A DNA stretch of 63,662 nucleotides, the filler included, from Chlamydiales bacterium (lineage in GTDB: Bacteria; Chlamydiota; Chlamydiia; Chlamydiales; JACRBE01), in assembly GCA_016213235.1 (NCBI GenBank). It is 5 parts of 5 records of this genome, joined end to end, with 100 filler letters (N's around TTAATTAATTAA, not from the genome) between each part and the next. Parts side by side here need not be neighbours in the genome. Positions count along the whole stretch, not along the records: positions 53,728 to 63,662 come from JACRBE010000055.1; 4 more parts are not named here. The stretch is one strand, 5' to 3'. This document shows, piece by piece, positions 60,523 to 63,662 of this stretch. The notes below the pieces were generated by a model. It did no database searches, had not been told where the DNA came from, and was given only the letters and a program-made list of their open reading frames with translations. The position numbers were made by a program, and so were the translations under genes. How positions within the stretch are numbered: position 1 is the first letter of the stretch; each line of letters begins with the position of its first letter.

Positions 60523-60933
60523 TTAGACCTGCTTTTTTATATACGTTTCTATTTGGTCTTTCCAATATTGTAAATGATTGAGGAACTCTTCCAGGAGCTC
60601 CTTAAATTCCATATAGTTCTCTTCATAAGGTATAGCCATAGAGAGTGTCAAGAATTTCTCATTTGGCTCTAAGCCTATGATACTTTTTCCCGTACCTAGT
60701 CCTAAATAGTTAGCAGACATAATATACATAAAAAAAGACTCCAGGTTCTTTGTAGGAATGGCGTGAAGTGTCGAAAAAAAGTGCACCCCTGGATCTAAAT
60801 ATCGAACATATATGGGAAAAGGGTGATCAGCACTAAAATAATAGACGTGTTCTTTCTCCTTAATAAACAAGGATTTTCGCTTAAATTCCTTTTCAAACTG
60901 GTCTAAATGCTGATCTAAAATGGTTAGTGCCAT
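60523..60933 (-). CDS. scc4: CesT-family T3SS chaperone Scc4 (CT663-like)
   Basis: MSANYLGLGTGKSIIGL...Y..FKE.LEEFLN...W; first gene of the cds operon. Confidence 0.8.
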   Translation of the reverse strand: MALTILDQHLDQFEKEFKRKSLFIKEKEHVYYFSADHPFPIYVRYLDPGVHFFSTLHAIPTKNLESFFMYIMSANYLGLGTGKSIIGLEPNEKFLTLSMAIPYEENYMEFKELLEEFLNHLQYWKDQIETYIKKQV

Positions 60934-61141
60934 CTTGCTATGCTATTAAGTTACGATTATTTTCTCCCTTATGAAAAATTATAGACTCTTTTGCAAGCAA
61001 AAAATTTCTTTTTTCATTTTAATGCAGTTATATTAAAACAATTATAATAGATTAATCTTTAATCAAACGATGTTAAAATTGAATATAAATGAATATTGCT
61101 TATAATAAAAATAAGGGTTAATTATTTGAGTTTGTTTGAAA

Positions 61142-61576
61142 ATGGAACAAGAAAACGAGCCAATTTATAAGAAAATATTCGAGAAGTATTTTCGAGAAAG
61201 TGAAAAAGGTGAGGGGGCTAACCTTGAAAAAGCATTTAAGGAAATTGTCCTTTATTTAGAGAAGCTTAATACCATTTTAAAAACAGGTTCCTCAGAAGAA
61301 AAGAAAAAAGCAATCGAAGAATATGCAGAACTGAAAAAGCTCATTCGCAAGAGGTTAGAAAAGTATAAGGAAGAGAGTGGTCTTAGTGAGACGGAACTGA
61401 AAAAAATGATGCAAGACCCTAAAAAACATTCCAGAGATGATTTGGAGATTATCCAATCTTCCGTAGAAGAGATTAAATCAATGAAGGATTTATCAAAAAA
61501 CATCCAGGAAAATTTACCGGAAGAATCAGCAAAGCCTAAAAAGAAGAAAAGCAAGGACAAGTGGCTAAAATCTTAA
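61142..61576 (+). CDS. Charged helical hypothetical protein, paralogue 1 (ends KDKWLKS)
   Basis: K/E-rich ORF; shares GLS/N.EEL...M..P and KPK...KDKW.KS with the next gene. Confidence 0.8.
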   Translation: MEQENEPIYKKIFEKYFRESEKGEGANLEKAFKEIVLYLEKLNTILKTGSSEEKKKAIEEYAELKKLIRKRLEKYKEESGLSETELKKMMQDPKKHSRDDLEIIQSSVEEIKSMKDLSKNIQENLPEESAKPKKKKSKDKWLKS

Positions 61577-61582
61577 CAATTA

Positions 61583-62020
61583 ATGGGTAATATTATGCAT
61601 GAGGAATTTGAACGTTTATTAAAGTTGTTTGCTACAGCGGGGGATCAGGTTAAGCCCAATATCAATGAGCTATTGTTGAAAACACTCGCTTTTTTTAATG
61701 CCCTGAAGGCCCAATTTAATGAATCAAATGAAGAGGAGCGCAAGGAGCTTGTTGTTTTGATGAAGAAGATGCATGAACAACTAGCTGTAGAATTGGGGAA
61801 AATGGCTAAAAAAACAGGCTTAAATGAAGAAGAATTGATGAGCTTAATGGATAATCCTCAACATTTTACACCTGAGCAACGAAAGGTTATAGCTAAAACA
61901 AAAGAAGAAATAGAAGACACAAAGAAAGCGCTCCAAAGAAAAGTGAAGGGAAAATCGGCAGAAAAAGAGTCAGCATCTAAACCAAAGCAGTCTAAAAAAG
62001 ATAAGTGGATGAAGTCTTAA
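61583..62020 (+). CDS. Charged helical hypothetical protein, paralogue 2 (ends KDKWMKS)
   Basis: Same shared motifs; starts 6 nt after paralogue 1. Confidence 0.8.
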   Translation: MGNIMHEEFERLLKLFATAGDQVKPNINELLLKTLAFFNALKAQFNESNEEERKELVVLMKKMHEQLAVELGKMAKKTGLNEEELMSLMDNPQHFTPEQRKVIAKTKEEIEDTKKALQRKVKGKSAEKESASKPKQSKKDKWMKS

Positions 62021-62062
62021 TTCATTATAGGGGTATTTATCGGCATTAGAGCAATTCAACAT

Positions 62063-62809
62063 GTGAATCAATCTCCGGATGCTTCCGGAGGCCCCAGTTC
62101 TCAAACGATTCAGCAGGTTACGTCTGATCTGCAACAAATGTATAATTTTATGTCTATGGGTAATGCAAATAATTGGGCAGATCCTAATGTTGGTATATCT
62201 GCGAATTTTTGGGCTTATTTTAGTGATATACTCAGTATATCCAATCCGGGTTTTACAAAAGCGCAACAACAAGCGTTAGAGACTGTAGAAAGCTATTTTG
62301 GAAATATGCCAAACCCACCCACTTCCTCAGATTATGGGCAAATACTCTCTGATATCAAAAGTGCACTGGGAAGTTTCGGAGGTAGCATTCCCTCATCCAA
62401 CCCGTTACTGGGGATTATTTCTGCCATAGAGCCTTATATAACCCAGATTATAGGGGATATTGCCCAGATACAACAAGATGTCAATCAACAGAACTGGCAA
62501 GCTGTAATGAACGATACCGAAGCAACATATGGGGCCATAGACTTTGTGGCGGGGTATCTGATAGCAGAAAGCCCATCCTATACAGTATCCGGAACTTCCA
62601 TTCCCTTTTTTAGTGGTATAACCACGTTGTTATTATTGCCACCTAATGGCCTCTTGCAAACACTCCAGGCAATAAACATGGACGCTACATGGATAGTGAA
62701 TTATGGTAACATCCCGCCATATGAGCAGAATATACAATGGGCAATGTCGACTACTGTAGCTACTGCCGGAGCATCTTTGCAGGCTATTTTAGAATACACA
62801 TCATCATAA
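62063..62809 (+). CDS. Q/N/S-rich hypothetical protein, duplicated family copy A
   Basis: 248-aa ORF from GTG; the position homologous to copy B's start is ATC at 62039; almost no Lys/Arg. Confidence 0.75.
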   Translation: MNQSPDASGGPSSQTIQQVTSDLQQMYNFMSMGNANNWADPNVGISANFWAYFSDILSISNPGFTKAQQQALETVESYFGNMPNPPTSSDYGQILSDIKSALGSFGGSIPSSNPLLGIISAIEPYITQIIGDIAQIQQDVNQQNWQAVMNDTEATYGAIDFVAGYLIAESPSYTVSGTSIPFFSGITTLLLLPPNGLLQTLQAINMDATWIVNYGNIPPYEQNIQWAMSTTVATAGASLQAILEYTSS

Positions 62810-63404
62810 TACCGCCCTTTCAACTCCCTCTGTAAGCGCTTTTAAGAAAATGTTTTGGCTGAATAGGGAAAATATTATTAAATCTCACAGGAACAGGCGG
62901 TTTGGTTTTTCTCTTCACTAATAATCGGTTAGTTGTATAAAAACTGATATTTATAAAAAATTTATTATTTAGTTTGCTTTTAGTTGTTTATTTATGTAAT
63001 ATAAAGCATGTAGCTTTATTTTAATAAGGAGATGTTCATGGGTATTAGAGCAACTCAACCTATCAATCAATCTCCGGATGTTTCCGGGGGTCCCAGTTCT
63101 CAAACGATTCAGCAGGTTACGTTTGATCTGCAACAAATGTATAATTTTATGTCTATGGGTAATGCAAATAATTGGGCCGATCCCAGTGCCGGTATATCTG
63201 CGAATTTTTGGGCTTATTTTAGTAATATACTCAGTATATCCAATCCTGGTTTTACAAAAGCGCAACAACAAGCGTTAGAGACTGTAGACAGCTATTTTGG
63301 AAATATGCCAAACCCACCCACTTCCTCAGATTATGGGCAAATACTCTCTGATATCAAAAGTGCACTGGGAAGTTTCGGAGGTAGTGTCCCTTCATCCAAC
63401 CCGT
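62066..63404 (+). repeat. About 340-bp direct repeat (62066-62405 and 63065-63404, offset 999)
   Basis: About 16 substitutions and no indels by manual alignment. Confidence 0.95.
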
Positions 63405-63662
63405 GGTTGAATATTATTTCTACTATGGGCAGTGATGATGAAACGATCACCTCAGATCTTCAGGCGATGCAAAATGATTTCGAGCAATCAAACTGGAAGC
63501 AATTGGTAGCCGATGCTGTATCAATGCAAAACTATATAGGGAATATAATGAATTCTATAGGGCAGCTAAACGAGAAATACGATCCGTCTTCTGGAGTTTC
63601 TATCCCCCTTTTAGGAGCTTTAGGTGGTGCGTGGATGGGTCTCATGGATATAACTGGTCAGG
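63038..63662 (+). CDS. Q/N/S-rich hypothetical protein, duplicated family copy B (runs off window end)
   Basis: SD AAGGAG at 63026, ATG 63038; MGIRATQPINQSPDVSGGPSSQTIQQV... stays open to the window end; missing from the ORF track. Confidence 0.8.
   Translation, partial: MGIRATQPINQSPDVSGGPSSQTIQQVTFDLQQMYNFMSMGNANNWADPSAGISANFWAYFSNILSISNPGFTKAQQQALETVDSYFGNMPNPPTSSDYGQILSDIKSALGSFGGSVPSSNPWLNIISTMGSDDETITSDLQAMQNDFEQSNWKQLVADAVSMQNYIGNIMNSIGQLNEKYDPSSGVSIPLLGALGGAWMGLMDITGQ

Noticed and set aside
62079..63278. Duplicated 66-aa ORFs (62079, 63078) and 100-aa minus-strand ORFs (61970, 62969)
   Set aside because: Alternative frames of the duplicated DNA; the long frame with an SD and homology continuing beyond the repeat is the credible one.
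62066..63404. Direct repeat as a DGR template/variable repeat pair
   Set aside because: Differences are not restricted to adenines (many C/T), the repeat covers the 5' conserved half, and there is no reverse transcriptase in the window.

Overview
AT-rich DNA from an environmental member of the Chlamydiota, judged from the long chlamydial forms of LepB, YidC and ThyX, the Slc1 and Scc4 chaperones and the cds type III secretion (T3SS) cluster. The window is five assembly pieces joined by artificial 100-nt linkers (N44-TTAATTAATTAA-N44) at 10578, 16477, 43048 and 53628, so adjacency across those joins means nothing. The conserved backbone comprises pncB, lepB, ileS, lpxD-skp-bamA, recR, fabH-fabD-fabG-acpP, nifS, a PP2C, CT253/CT254-like genes, slc1, dnaA-yidC, thyX-tyrP-tyrP-uvrB and the scc4-cdsD-E-F-G-CT668-cdsN-cdsO operon. 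Accessory DNA is interleaved: (1) an effector-like islet between lepB and ileS (eukaryote-type PP2C, an ankyrin protein with an AnkH-like His-Asp-Cys domain, a possible ADP-ribosyltransferase); (2) a MazEF-like/Fic islet with visible operator repeats; (3) a secreted serpin with P1 Lys; (4) a GT9 gene followed by a two-partner secretion pair; (5) a repeat protein with a C-terminal hydrophobic segment; (6) several pseudogenes that appear to have lost their middles. The best novel candidate is the locus divergent from the T3SS operon: two paralogues ending KDKW(L/M)KS, then a tandem gene pair with about 95% identical 5' halves and strongly diverged 3' halves. The CT668-like protein also has a C-terminus resembling the SctI inner rod. 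All family calls come from motif recognition by eye; no database searches were run.
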